A stretch of DNA of 64,000 nucleotides, taken from an uncultured Acidobacteriota bacterium. GTDB lineage: Bacteria; Acidobacteriota; UBA6911. The number at the start of each line of letters is the position of its first letter. Position 1 is the stretch's first letter. Location of the stretch: NCBI GenBank assembly GCA_963809485.1, contig CAWEJX010000015.1:32001-96000 (forward strand). The letters run 5' to 3'. The notes below the pieces were generated by a model. That model did no database searches. It was not told the DNA's origin and worked only from the letters and a program-made list of their open reading frames with translations. Shown here piece after piece: positions 1 to 10,009 of this stretch. The position numbers were made by a program, and so were the translations under genes.

Positions 1-3
1 CGG

Positions 4-1116
4 ATGGAAAGCGTACCAAAAATCATTGACACAGGTTGCCGAAGTTTCCAAAAGCTAGCCGGAAATCAACAACAGCGGCGTCCTTTCTCAGACGTCCTGC
101 GTCTCGCTCTTTTCCTGGGATTGCTGCTCGCCGTAGCGGGCGCCGCCCATGCTCACTCACCGCTTTTTCCGCGGAATAACCACGTGCCTGCGTCCGCGTT
201 TTTTATCGAGGATGCGGCAAAATCCTGGGTGGCATATTCGGAGATACTCAATTCGGGGCAGAAGGCTTTTTACCGGTTCCGCTTTTCGGCCGGAGATCCG
301 ATACGCATAAAACTGCTGACCTCACGGGATCCCGGGACGACGGGCTTCCTTCCTTCGCTCGCGCTGCTGGTGCCGGGCCTCAAACAGCAGGACGCGATTC
401 CGCCAGCGATGGAAATTCCCTCCGGATTCGGCGCCGTTCTCGTTCGAGGAATCCAGCCTCCATCTGCAACCTACGAACCGTTTGCCCAGGGATGGTTTTA
501 TGATCTTGCGGATCTGGACATGCGGGCTCCCGCCGAAGGCACCTATTACCTGGTCGTTTTTGATCCCAGGGGGGCGACGGGGCGCTACGCCGTGACCCTG
601 GGTTACCTCGAGCGGTGGGCTCCCCTCGAGTTGGCGGCTCTGCCCTGGAACATCCGGCGCATACAGATCTGGGAAGGACAAAAGGTTTTTGCCGCGCTTC
701 TTCCCTTTTATGCGGTGCTCGTGCTTGGACTGATCTGGTTTTACCTGAGGAGCAGAAGCGGAAAAACCCCTCACACACTGGCCCAATGGTTTGCCGCCGG
801 ATCCTTCCTCGCCTTTTTGGGCTCGGCCGCGATTTCCCTTCAGCAGATGCACCTTGCATCCCGCATCGCGCCCATTCACCGATTCGATCTGATTATTACC
901 CTGATTGCGGCGGCCGTTCCCGTGATTCTGGGCATGATTGCCCTGCGCTACGCGCTCAGATCCAGAAGCGGCCACATGGCCGCCTGGCGAATCGGCTTAA
1001 TCACTATCGCCGCAGTCGGCCTGCTGCTTTACACCGGCCTTTACCTGGGACCAGGCTTGTCGCTGCTGGCAGCTGTCACGAAATCAGGCAGCAAAATCGG
1101 GATCCGCCCGCTTTAG
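4..1116 (+). CDS. Hypothetical exported/membrane protein (signal peptide, soluble domain, ~4-5 C-terminal TM helices); start uncertain
   Basis: 370-aa ORF; hydrophobic LALFLGLLLAVAGAAHA|HSP resembles a signal peptide; hydrophobic C-terminal segments. Confidence 0.7.
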   Translation: MESVPKIIDTGCRSFQKLAGNQQQRRPFSDVLRLALFLGLLLAVAGAAHAHSPLFPRNNHVPASAFFIEDAAKSWVAYSEILNSGQKAFYRFRFSAGDPIRIKLLTSRDPGTTGFLPSLALLVPGLKQQDAIPPAMEIPSGFGAVLVRGIQPPSATYEPFAQGWFYDLADLDMRAPAEGTYYLVVFDPRGATGRYAVTLGYLERWAPLELAALPWNIRRIQIWEGQKVFAALLPFYAVLVLGLIWFYLRSRSGKTPHTLAQWFAAGSFLAFLGSAAISLQQMHLASRIAPIHRFDLIITLIAAAVPVILGMIALRYALRSRSGHMAAWRIGLITIAAVGLLLYTGLYLGPGLSLLAAVTKSGSKIGIRPL

Positions 1117-1170
1117 GATTGCCGGCTTTTCAGAGGGGCCTGATCGCAACCCATAAAAGATCAAGCCGGT

Positions 1171-1428
1171 GTCAGGCACCTCCGGCAAAGCCGGAGGCTT
1201 GAAAGATTGGAACCGCTCAAAGCGGTTGGAGGAGCTACGCCGGTCTTGAACGCTGACTTACGCGGCGCAAAAGCCGATGAGGCGCCTCATCGGCTTTTGC
1301 TCGCCGACCCTCGCCGAACAAATCGGCGTTTGTCAGCGCTTTTATCAGCGTTTCTCAGCGTTTCAAAATACGGAGCTGTCAAACTCTTTGAGTCCCCGGG
1401 CAGAGCCGGGGGTTTACCAATGTAATTA
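1171..1428 (-). mobile_element. IS200-like non-autonomous element, complete copy 1
   Basis: GTCAGGCACCTCCGGCAAAGCCGGAGG hairpin at one end, GAGTCCCCGGGCAGAGCCGGGGGTTTACCAATGTAATTA at the other; central 34-bp perfect palindrome at 1267-1300; repeated elsewhere in the window. Confidence 0.8.
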
Positions 1429-1456
1429 CGCGCCACAAAGATCTTTATAGCTTCTT

Positions 1457-1530
1457 GAACCGCAAAATATCGAATAACGAAGGCAGAAATTCGAAGTCCT
1501 TCTGCGGTTCGACATTCGAAATTCAACATT
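1457..1530. repeat. GAACCGCA...TGCGGTTC / TTCGA-type imperfect inverted repeat
   Basis: GAACCGCAAAATATCGAATAACGAAGG ... CCTTCTGCGGTTCGACATTCGAAATTC between convergent genes. Confidence 0.55.
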
Positions 1531-1550
1531 CCTTAATAAAAAATTCCCGG

Positions 1551-3107
1551 CTAAGGTGTAGAAAAAATTTCGGAAAGGATTCTGCCTTCGGCTCCGCCCG
1601 GTATTTCGGTTTCGAGAATGGTTGCCAGAGTTGGGGCGACGTCGACCACATCAATGGCTGAATGGTATCTGCCAGCCTTGATTCCCGACCCCATGAAAAT
1701 GACCGGAACGTGCGTGTCGTAACCGAAGGGCGTTCCGTGGTTGGCATGGATCCGGCCGAAAATCTGGTAGGGTTCGAGCAAGACATAAAGATCCGCGCCA
1801 CGCTTTGCCGAAAAACCGTTTCTGATCCTTCGGTCGATGGCATCCCCCGAAGACCCGTTGAGCAGCTGCTCCCTCGTGTACACCCGCAAAACCCGGGGCA
1901 TCGACAGCAGCGCCTGGGCCGCTTCGCGGCCTACTTCCTCATGCGAAAGTTTTTTGGTTTTGATGAGATCCCAATTCAGGTATATGGCCTCTTCGGGCGT
2001 CGCCAGAATCCACTTCCCTTCGCCGTACCTGTCGGTCAGCGCTTTCTGGACGGCATCGCGCAGGGGCGCAAAATCCACATGCCCGCCGGGCATCTTGCGG
2101 GCGCTGGCGGCCTCGGCCGTGGGTCCTGTGCCGTGATCCGCAGCCAGCACGACCAGAACGTTGCCCATACCCACCTGTGCATCAAGAAATTTGAACAGCT
2201 TCCCAAGAATCCGGTCGGTATGCAGCGAAGTTTCGCGCACCTGGGCGGAATCCGGGCCGTACTGGTGTCCTACATAATCGTTGGAAGAAAAACTCAGCAC
2301 TAAAAGATCCGTGCCCTCAGCCCCCAGCCGCTCCCCCCGCACGGCAGCTTCAGCCATCAGTTCAACCAGGTCGTTGCCAAAAGGGCTGGAGGGGATCATG
2401 GCGTAAAGCTTCGAGGCATCTTCCGCCGGCAGTTTGCCGCCGGACCATTCCGCGGCCTTGTACCGGTCGGCAGGCTTCGTCCCGTTGAACTGGCGCACCC
2501 ACTGCGGCAGTTCCTGAAAATAATAGCTGCTGCTGACGAAGCTCCCGGTTTTGCCGTCAAACCAGTAGGCGGCGTCGGCGCTGCACCCTGCGGACAGGAT
2601 TGCGCTGTAGTCCTTGATCGAAATCCCTATCACCCGGGACCGGCCCTGCCGGGATATCTTGAGTTCGTCCCCGATAGTGCTGACCAGCAAATTGCGCGGC
2701 GACGAACCTGCACCTCCATCTCCACCCAGCAGCCGGGTCGAGTCGTCCATAACCGACCGGACCACCTTTCCGCTGAAACGGTCAAACCATTGATTCCCGA
2801 TTATGCCCGTTACCGACGGGGAAGCGCCGGTGAAAAAGGCGGCGTGCCCGACAGAGGTGAATGTCGGGAAATGGCTATATCGCGCATTTGTAAAAACCGC
2901 GCCCTTTGCGAGCAGCTGCTGAAGACCTTCCCTATATTCGCCTCCGAACCGGAGCACATAATCGTAGCGGAACTGATCCACGATGATGGCGAGCACAAGC
3001 TTCGGTTTCGCCCGGGATGCCTGCTTTCTTTGGCTCGAAACCGGAGTCTGGGCCGATGCGTTCAGCCCCGCCAGAAAAATCAAAAGAATCGTCCATCTCC
3101 TCATCAA
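1551..3107 (-). CDS. Alkaline phosphatase superfamily protein (PafA/NPP type), secreted
   Basis: Signal peptide; IVDQFRYDY, PTFTSVGHA, SSNDYVGH, ADHG and HGTP motifs. Confidence 0.9.
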   Translation of the reverse strand: MMRRWTILLIFLAGLNASAQTPVSSQRKQASRAKPKLVLAIIVDQFRYDYVLRFGGEYREGLQQLLAKGAVFTNARYSHFPTFTSVGHAAFFTGASPSVTGIIGNQWFDRFSGKVVRSVMDDSTRLLGGDGGAGSSPRNLLVSTIGDELKISRQGRSRVIGISIKDYSAILSAGCSADAAYWFDGKTGSFVSSSYYFQELPQWVRQFNGTKPADRYKAAEWSGGKLPAEDASKLYAMIPSSPFGNDLVELMAEAAVRGERLGAEGTDLLVLSFSSNDYVGHQYGPDSAQVRETSLHTDRILGKLFKFLDAQVGMGNVLVVLAADHGTGPTAEAASARKMPGGHVDFAPLRDAVQKALTDRYGEGKWILATPEEAIYLNWDLIKTKKLSHEEVGREAAQALLSMPRVLRVYTREQLLNGSSGDAIDRRIRNGFSAKRGADLYVLLEPYQIFGRIHANHGTPFGYDTHVPVIFMGSGIKAGRYHSAIDVVDVAPTLATILETEIPGGAEGRILSEIFSTP

Positions 3108-3166
3108 CCATCCCCTCTCTGCAAATCAAATGCCGTTCCTGCCGGGGCAACGCCGCCTTGCCGCCG

Positions 3167-3442
3167 TCATTCGATAACCACGGTCCAGGGCCTTATTTCC
3201 CATCGCTTTACTATCCCGTTTCCGACATACGGATCCTTTCGGACAAATTCCTCGACTGCGGCCGCATCCGGCGAGCGAAACACCAGAATCGCCCGGTCTA
3301 CGGGATCCGCGAGCGCGCCGCCCAATACCAGTTCGCCCCGGCTGTGCGCCTCGCGCGCCAGCCGGAGATGCTCCTCCCGGTACGCAGCCCTTCGCTCCAC
3401 GTAGTCGTCGACGACATGATATATAAGCATGTAGTAGCCCAT
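3167..3442 (-). CDS. YciI family protein
   Basis: R-x-x-H-L, GALADP, DPYV motifs; AAGGAG SD before ATG at 3442. Confidence 0.9.
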   Translation of the reverse strand: MGYYMLIYHVVDDYVERRAAYREEHLRLAREAHSRGELVLGGALADPVDRAILVFRSPDAAAVEEFVRKDPYVGNGIVKRWEIRPWTVVIE

Positions 3443-3456
3443 AGCGCTCCTTTGAT

Positions 3457-3723
3457 TAGGATCAAAGGATTCTAGGATCAAAGGATCAAAGGATCAAAGG
3501 GGAAAAACAGTGCAGGATGCCGGTGAAAGCCTGGTTGTCCGATCTTCCTTTTTTCCCTCTTAGGATCCAAGGATCAGAGGATCAAAGGATCAGAGGGGGA
3601 AAACAGTGTCGGATTGCGGCGAAAGCCTGTATTGTCCCAAAACCCCAATATCCTCTATACTCCTAATCTTCACCTTTGATCCTTTGTTCGTATCCTTTGA
3701 TCCTTGAATCCTCTGATCCTTTG
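3457..3723. repeat. AGGATCAA octamer arrays (two direct blocks plus one inverted arm)
   Basis: Blocks 3457-3540 and 3561-3637 are imperfect direct duplicates; TTGATCCT arm at 3673-3723; 12 GATC sites. Confidence 0.85.
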
Positions 3724-3872
3724 CCCCCAAAAGGTCAATAGTCCCGCCTAGCAGCAAACTATCCCAAAACAAAAAGCGTCCCCTCAAAAATTTGTTCCGT
3801 TGAATTTGCCGGGCAGCTGCGATAATTTATGAGGTCTGCAAATTATGGTTAAACTTTTCCTGGAGTAAGCCC

Positions 3873-5411
3873 ATTTACCGCGAAAACGTTTTGATACTTG
3901 ATTTTGGCGGTCAATATACTCAACTGATCGCCCGCCGTGTGCGCGAACTGTCCGTATATTGCGAGATTGTGCCATTTCACGAAGCCATGGAAAAAATTGA
4001 GGCTTCCAGGCCGGCGGGCGTAATCCTGTCGGGAAGCCCTGATTCCGTCTGCCGGGAAGGAAGTCCTTCGCTCCCTCCCGAGTTTTACAATGCCGGGCTG
4101 CCTGTTCTGGGAATTTGCTATGGCCTCCAGCTGCTGACGCGTCAGTTGGGAGGACGCGTGGTTTCCGGATCGGGACGGCGCGAATTCGGAAAAGCCATGG
4201 TCGACGTCCTGGATGCGGATATGCTTTTTGCGGGGATTCCTCAGCGTTTCCAGGCCTGGATGAGCCACGGAGACCGCGTTGAAGATTTGGCGCCGGGATT
4301 CCGCGTCCTGGCAAAATCCGGAGATATCGTGGCTGCGGCCGCCGACGAAGACAGGAAGCTCTGGGGCCTCCAGTTTCATCCTGAGGTCGTCCATACGCAT
4401 TACGGCAAAGATATCCTTGAAAACTTCCTTTCGCGAGCCTGCAACTGCAAGCGTGATTGGACGATGTCGGCCTTCATTGAGACCACGGTTCACGCCATCG
4501 CGGGCCGGGTCGGCCCGCAGCATGCGCTTTGCGGCCTGAGCGGCGGTGTCGATTCCACTGTGGCCGCTCTTCTGGTGCACAAGGCCATCGGCGACCGACT
4601 GACCTGCATTTTCGTGGATAACGGCCTGCTCCGAAAAAACGAATTTGAATCCGTGCTGGCCAACCTGAGCGAGCGCCAGCATCTGAAAATCATCGGCGTC
4701 GACGCAAGCCGGAGATTCCTTTCGCGGCTGCAAAACGTCGAGGATCCCGAAACCAAGCGTAAAATCATAGGTGAGGAATTCATCCGGGTCTTCGAAGAAG
4801 AGGCCGGGAAGCTGGGGAATCCGCCCTTTCTGGTCCAGGGGACTTTGTATCCCGATGTCATCGAATCGACATCCGTCCGGGGACCTTCCGCCGTTATCAA
4901 GTCGCACCACAACGTGGGCGGGTTGCCGCTCGATCTGAAATTCGAGCTCATAGAGCCGCTGCGCGAATTGTTCAAGGATGAAGTGCGCAGAGTGGGCGGG
5001 CAGCTGGGTATGGATCCGCGTTTCGTTTACCGCCAGCCCTTCCCGGGTCCCGGCCTGGCCGTACGCATTCTCGGCCCGGTCACGGTCCAGCGTCTCTCGC
5101 TCCTGCGTGAAGCGGATGCCATCATGCAGGAGGAAATAGAGCGGGAAGGCCTGACGCGGGAGCTCTGGCAGGCGTTTGTGGTGCTGCTGCCCATCAACAC
5201 CGTGGGCGTCATGGGAGACGACCGGACCTATGAAAACGTCGCAGCCCTGCGCGCCGTTACGAGCCTGGACGGGATGACGGCCGACTGGGCCAAGCTGCCC
5301 CACGCGGTCCTCGAGAGGATTTCAACGCGCATTGTCAACGAAGTGCGCGGCATCAACCGCGTGGTATACGACATCACCTCGAAACCGCCCGGAACCATTG
5401 AATGGGAGTAG
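3873..5411 (+). CDS. guaA: GMP synthase (glutamine-hydrolysing)
   Basis: [39 protein letters not shown]; start at ATT 3873 or TTG 3891. Confidence 0.97.
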   Translation: MYRENVLILDFGGQYTQLIARRVRELSVYCEIVPFHEAMEKIEASRPAGVILSGSPDSVCREGSPSLPPEFYNAGLPVLGICYGLQLLTRQLGGRVVSGSGRREFGKAMVDVLDADMLFAGIPQRFQAWMSHGDRVEDLAPGFRVLAKSGDIVAAAADEDRKLWGLQFHPEVVHTHYGKDILENFLSRACNCKRDWTMSAFIETTVHAIAGRVGPQHALCGLSGGVDSTVAALLVHKAIGDRLTCIFVDNGLLRKNEFESVLANLSERQHLKIIGVDASRRFLSRLQNVEDPETKRKIIGEEFIRVFEEEAGKLGNPPFLVQGTLYPDVIESTSVRGPSAVIKSHHNVGGLPLDLKFELIEPLRELFKDEVRRVGGQLGMDPRFVYRQPFPGPGLAVRILGPVTVQRLSLLREADAIMQEEIEREGLTRELWQAFVVLLPINTVGVMGDDRTYENVAALRAVTSLDGMTADWAKLPHAVLERISTRIVNEVRGINRVVYDITSKPPGTIEWE

Positions 5412-5414
5412 CCT

Positions 5415-8400
5415 GTGTCGAATCCGGTATCGTTCGTTCCGCTTCATAACCATTCCGATTACAGCCTGCTCGACGGCGCATCCACGATCGAGGCTCTCGT
5501 GGACACTGCCCTGTCCATGGGGATGCCCGCCCTGGCCCTCACGGATCACGGCAATCTCTTCGGCGCCATCCAGTTTTACGGGATTGCCCGGGAGAAAAAT
5601 ATAAAGCCCATCATCGGCTGCGAAATCTACGTTGCAAAAGAGAGCCGTCACAGGAAAACCGGCGGGGGTGACCAGTCCAATCACCTGGTCCTTCTGGCCG
5701 AGAACCTGGAGGGGTATCACAACCTCAGCCGGCTTGTCTCCTGCGGGTTTCTGGAAGGGTTTTATTACAAACCCCGCGTCGACAAGGAACTCCTTTCTCA
5801 ATACGGCCGCGGGCTGATTGCCCTGTCGGCCTGTCTGAAAGGGGCCGTGCCTCAAAAGCTGCTCATGGAACAGAGGGAAGCCGCCGCGGAAGAAGCCCTG
5901 GCGCTGCGGGACATTTTCGGCCCGGGGAATTTCTTTCTGGAGCTTCAGAACCACAACCTTCCGGCCCAGCAGCGCGTCAATCCCCTCATCATCGAGATAT
6001 CAAAAAAAACCGGCATCCCGCTCGTGTGCACCAACGACTCCCACTACCTGCGCCAGGATGACAGCGTGGCGCACGACGTGCTTCTTTGCATCGGCACCGG
6101 TAAAGTGGTGAGCCAGCCGGACCGAATGCGCTACGAAACGGATCAGTTCTATTTCAAATCTCCCGAGGAGATGCTCAGCCTTTGGGGAGAGATCCCCGAA
6201 GCCCTGGAGAATACGGTCCGCATTGCAGAGCGCTGCAATCTCGAAATCGAGACCAAACAGCCCCTGCCCCCTTTTGAAGTCCCCGCAGGGCACACCTCGG
6301 ACTCCTATTTCGAAAAAACCGTGCGCGAAGGATTCCAGGAACGGCGCCCGCACATTGAGGCCCTTTCCGCCGCGGGACGCCTCAAGCATCCGCTGTCGGA
6401 CTATGAAGAACGTCTGACCTCCGAAATCGGGATGATCCAGAAGATGGATTTTTCCAGCTATTTCCTCATTGTCTGGGACCTGATCAAATACGCCCGCGAC
6501 CATTCCATCCCGGTCGGCCCCGGCCGCGGTTCCGTAGTGGGAAGCCTGGTCGCCTACAGCCTGCGCATCACCGACATCGACCCGCTCCAGTACGAACTCT
6601 TTTTTGAGCGTTTCATGAATCCCGAGCGCATCGCCCCGCCCGATATCGACATGGATTTTTGCATGAACCGCCGGGCGGAGATGATCGAGTATGCCGCGGG
6701 CAAGTACGGGCGCGACAATGTCTGCCAGATCATCACTTTCGGCACCATGGCCGCCCGCGGAGTTATACGCGACGTCGGCCGGAGTTTGGACATCCCTTAC
6801 GCCGACGTGGACCGCATCGCCAAGCTGATTCCCGCCGAATTGAACGCGACGATCGACAGAGCCCTCCAGCAGGAACCGCGCCTGAAGGAGGAAATGAAAA
6901 ATCCCTCGATCGCCAAATTGATCGAGATCGGAAAGCGGCTGGAAGGGCTGTCGCGCCACTCGTCGACCCACGCAGCCGGGGTCGTCATAGCTCCCAGGCC
7001 GCTGGTGGAACTGCTTCCCCTGCAGAAAACAAACAAGGAGGAAATCACCACCCAGTACAGCATGAAGGACCTGGAAACCATCGGGCTCCTCAAAATGGAC
7101 TTCCTGGCGCTGACGACGCTGACCGTCATCGACAGCGCGGTGCGGCGCATCCGCGAGGAAAAAAACATCGCCCTGGACCTTTCTTCCATTCCCCTGAACG
7201 ATCCCAAGGTTTTCGAGCTTTTCTCGGAAGGCAGGACCAACGGGATTTTCCAGTTTGAAAGCGGGGGAATGAAACTGGAACTGCGGCGCTTGAAACCGGA
7301 GCGCTTCGAGGACCTGATTGCCTTGAATGCCCTGTACCGCCCGGGCCCCATGGATATGATCCCCGACTTTATCAAGCGCAAACAGGGCATGATCGACGTG
7401 CGGTACCCGCACCCGCTGCTCGAGGAAATTCTCAAGGAGACCTATGGCGTCATCGTATACCAGGAACAGGTGATGCAGATCGCCAGCAAGATGGCGGGTT
7501 TCTCTCTTGGGGAGGCCGATGTGCTCCGCAAAGCGATGGGGAAGAAGAAGGCGGACGTCATGGCTTCCATGCGCGACAAATTCCTCCAGGGCGCGCGCAA
7601 ACGCAAGATCCCTGAAAAGGCCGCCATCCAGGTTTTCGACATGATGGAGCAATTTGCCCAGTACGGCTTCAACAAATCGCACAGCACCGCCTACGCCCTG
7701 CTGGCCTATCAGACGGCCTATCTGAAGGTGCATTATCCGGTTCAGTTCATGGCCGCACTGCTTAGCAGTGAAATCGGGAATACAGACAAAATCGTAATGT
7801 ATATCGCCGAGTGCAAAGAAATGGGAATCCCCGTCCTCCCGCCCGACATCAACGAAAGCTCGCTGGAATTCCTCTCGCTGGGCGGCAGGATCCGTTTCGG
7901 CATGCTGGCGATACGCAATGTCGGGGAGGGCGCCATCCGGTCTATCCTGCAGTACCGCAACCAGTACGGGCGGTTCCGCAGCCTTTTCCATTTCTGCGAA
8001 GAAGTGGATTCGCGGTCGCTGAACAAGCGCGTCATGGAAAGCCTTGTTAAAAGCGGAGCGATGGATTCGCTGGGCCTGAAGCGCTCGCAGTGCATGGCCA
8101 TGATCGATGCCGCCATCGAGTACGGGCAGAAGGCCCGCCGCGACCGCGAGAGCGGCCAGAAGGGGTTATTCGCCGGCATGGCGTCCGAACATTCCTCGCT
8201 TGCGGAACCTTCGCCGCCGGATATACCGGAATGGGACTTCGAGCAGCGCCTGGCCAGCGAAAAGGAAACCCTCGGCTACTATGTCTCCGGCCATCCCCTG
8301 GACCGCTTCGCAGAGGAAGTGGAACGGTTCAGCAAGAAAAACATCGCCGAACTCAAGAGCGAAGGCAAAAGCACCGAATGCAGGCTCGCGGGGATCGTCA

Positions 8401-8876
8401 CCGACTTCCGCACGCGGCGCACCAAAAAAGGCGACCTCATGGCGCTTTTCACCCTGGAGGATTTGACCGGCGCCGTGGAGACCGTGGTTTTTCCCAACTC
8501 CTATCCCAAATTCGAACCGTACATGTCGGCGGATTTCCCGATCCTCGTTTCGGGACGGTTCGAGGCCGAAGATGAAAAAAGCTGCAAGCTGATTGCCTCC
8601 GAAATGCAGCCCCTTTCCGGGATTTCCGAACGAAGCGCCAAAACGCTGCGCATCCGCGCCTGCATCACCAACCTGTCCCCGGATACGGCAACGACGCTTC
8701 TAAGGCTGCTGGAGAGCAATCGCGGGGAAACCGGCGTCGAAATGGAGCTCTATAATCCTTCCGATTTCCGTGTTAACATCCAATGCGCGGACTTTGTTAA
8801 GGTGAAATCAAGCCCGGAGCTCATACGGCGGATAGAAGTCCTCTGCGGTCCCGGTTCGGTCAATGTAATTTCCTAG
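5415..8876 (+). CDS. dnaE: DNA polymerase III alpha subunit
   Basis: PHP motif HNHSDYSLLDG, GPGRGS, PDIDMDF, YGFNKSH, C-terminal OB fold. Confidence 0.98.
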   Translation: MSNPVSFVPLHNHSDYSLLDGASTIEALVDTALSMGMPALALTDHGNLFGAIQFYGIAREKNIKPIIGCEIYVAKESRHRKTGGGDQSNHLVLLAENLEGYHNLSRLVSCGFLEGFYYKPRVDKELLSQYGRGLIALSACLKGAVPQKLLMEQREAAAEEALALRDIFGPGNFFLELQNHNLPAQQRVNPLIIEISKKTGIPLVCTNDSHYLRQDDSVAHDVLLCIGTGKVVSQPDRMRYETDQFYFKSPEEMLSLWGEIPEALENTVRIAERCNLEIETKQPLPPFEVPAGHTSDSYFEKTVREGFQERRPHIEALSAAGRLKHPLSDYEERLTSEIGMIQKMDFSSYFLIVWDLIKYARDHSIPVGPGRGSVVGSLVAYSLRITDIDPLQYELFFERFMNPERIAPPDIDMDFCMNRRAEMIEYAAGKYGRDNVCQIITFGTMAARGVIRDVGRSLDIPYADVDRIAKLIPAELNATIDRALQQEPRLKEEMKNPSIAKLIEIGKRLEGLSRHSSTHAAGVVIAPRPLVELLPLQKTNKEEITTQYSMKDLETIGLLKMDFLALTTLTVIDSAVRRIREEKNIALDLSSIPLNDPKVFELFSEGRTNGIFQFESGGMKLELRRLKPERFEDLIALNALYRPGPMDMIPDFIKRKQGMIDVRYPHPLLEEILKETYGVIVYQEQVMQIASKMAGFSLGEADVLRKAMGKKKADVMASMRDKFLQGARKRKIPEKAAIQVFDMMEQFAQYGFNKSHSTAYALLAYQTAYLKVHYPVQFMAALLSSEIGNTDKIVMYIAECKEMGIPVLPPDINESSLEFLSLGGRIRFGMLAIRNVGEGAIRSILQYRNQYGRFRSLFHFCEEVDSRSLNKRVMESLVKSGAMDSLGLKRSQCMAMIDAAIEYGQKARRDRESGQKGLFAGMASEHSSLAEPSPPDIPEWDFEQRLASEKETLGYYVSGHPLDRFAEEVERFSKKNIAELKSEGKSTECRLAGIVTDFRTRRTKKGDLMALFTLEDLTGAVETVVFPNSYPKFEPYMSADFPILVSGRFEAEDEKSCKLIASEMQPLSGISERSAKTLRIRACITNLSPDTATTLLRLLESNRGETGVEMELYNPSDFRVNIQCADFVKVKSSPELIRRIEVLCGPGSVNVIS

Positions 8877-8895
8877 GATTTCAGGGTTTTGAATA

Positions 8896-9804
8896 ATGGA
8901 TACTCGCGGCGATACGGCAAAAAATGGGAGCGAGGATTCCGCTCAGGCCGAGATCGAGCGGCTGCTCGCCGAAGTGGAAAGGCTGCGCGGCGATGTTCCG
9001 GACACCGCCTACCAGAGAACCATTCTGGCCCGCCACGACTTGCGTCCTTACACCCTGGATTACGTCGGAAAGCTTTTTCAAAATTTTGCGGAACTGCACG
9101 GAGACCGCCGCTTCGCCGATGATCCGGCGATCGTTGCCGGTATGGCCCTTTATCATGACCTCCCCGTCATGGTTGTCGGCCATCAAAAAGGACGCGACCT
9201 CAAGCAGCGCCAGCACCGGAATTTCGGCTGTCCCCAGCCCGAAGGCTACCGCAAGGCCATCCGCGCCATGAAAATGGCCGACAAATTCCGGCGGCCGATC
9301 GTTTGTTTTATCGACACGCCGGGCGCCTACCCGGGCGTCGGCGCCGAAGAGCGGGGCCAGGCCGAAGCCATCGCCTTCAACCTGAGGGAAATGTCGCGCC
9401 TGCAGGTGCCGGTTGTCGTGTGCGTCATTGGAGAAGGCGGCAGCGGAGGAGCATTGGGGATTGCCGTGGGCAACTGGGTTCTGATGCAGGAGAATGCCAT
9501 ATACTCCGTCATCACTCCGGAAGGGTGCTCGGCCATCCTCTGGAAGGACCAGGAGCATGTGGTTGACGCCGCTGCAGCCCTCAAGATCACGGCAACCGAC
9601 CTGAAAGCCATGGGCGTCATCGACGAGATCGTGCCCGAACCTCCCGGGGGCGCTCACACCGATCACAATTCCGCCGCCGAGCTGCTGGACAATCATCTGT
9701 GGCCCAGCCTCGAAGCGCTGCTGCACAAATCCGGTGCTGAGATTCGCGACCAGCGCTACCAGAAGTTCCGCCAGATCGGCGCCGTATCCAGCCTGATGTT
9801 TTAG
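8896..9804 (+). CDS. accA: Acetyl-CoA carboxylase carboxyltransferase alpha
   Basis: ELHGDR, GHQKGRD, IDTPGAYPG, GEGGSGGAL; follows dnaE. Confidence 0.97.
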   Translation: MDTRGDTAKNGSEDSAQAEIERLLAEVERLRGDVPDTAYQRTILARHDLRPYTLDYVGKLFQNFAELHGDRRFADDPAIVAGMALYHDLPVMVVGHQKGRDLKQRQHRNFGCPQPEGYRKAIRAMKMADKFRRPIVCFIDTPGAYPGVGAEERGQAEAIAFNLREMSRLQVPVVVCVIGEGGSGGALGIAVGNWVLMQENAIYSVITPEGCSAILWKDQEHVVDAAAALKITATDLKAMGVIDEIVPEPPGGAHTDHNSAAELLDNHLWPSLEALLHKSGAEIRDQRYQKFRQIGAVSSLMF

Positions 9805-9834
9805 CCCCGTTGAAAATGCTGCTCGGACACATCA

Positions 9835-10002
9835 GTCAGGTACCTCAGGCAAAGCCGGAGGCTTGAAAGATTGGAACCGCTCAAAGCGGTTGGACTAGTT
9901 ACGCCGGTCTTGAACGCTGACGCACGCTGACCGGACGCCGACCCACGCCGACAAAAATTTATATATTTTTTCAGCGTACGTCAGCGTTTCAAAATATGGG
10001 GC
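9835..10002 (-). mobile_element. IS200-like element, partial copy 2 (left end missing)
   Basis: GTCAGGTACCTCAGGCAAAGCCGGAGGCTTGAAAG... through TCAGCGTTTCAAAATATGG. Confidence 0.75.
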
Positions 10003-10009
10003 GATGCCG

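Noticed and set aside
1207-1529. Recurrent peptides (LEPLKAVGG..., NYIGKPPALPGDSKSLTAPYFETL...) in many short ORFs
   Set aside because: These are translations of the repeated non-coding element; no consistent start, SD or stop across copies
3457-3723. GATC cluster as oriC
   Set aside because: No DnaA boxes (TTATCCACA) seen and no dnaA/dnaN/gidA context
6000-7991. Long antisense ORFs (e.g. 663 aa opposite dnaE, 484 aa opposite guaA, 483 aa opposite valS)
   Set aside because: Shadow ORFs expected from GC-rich codon bias; no recognisable domains
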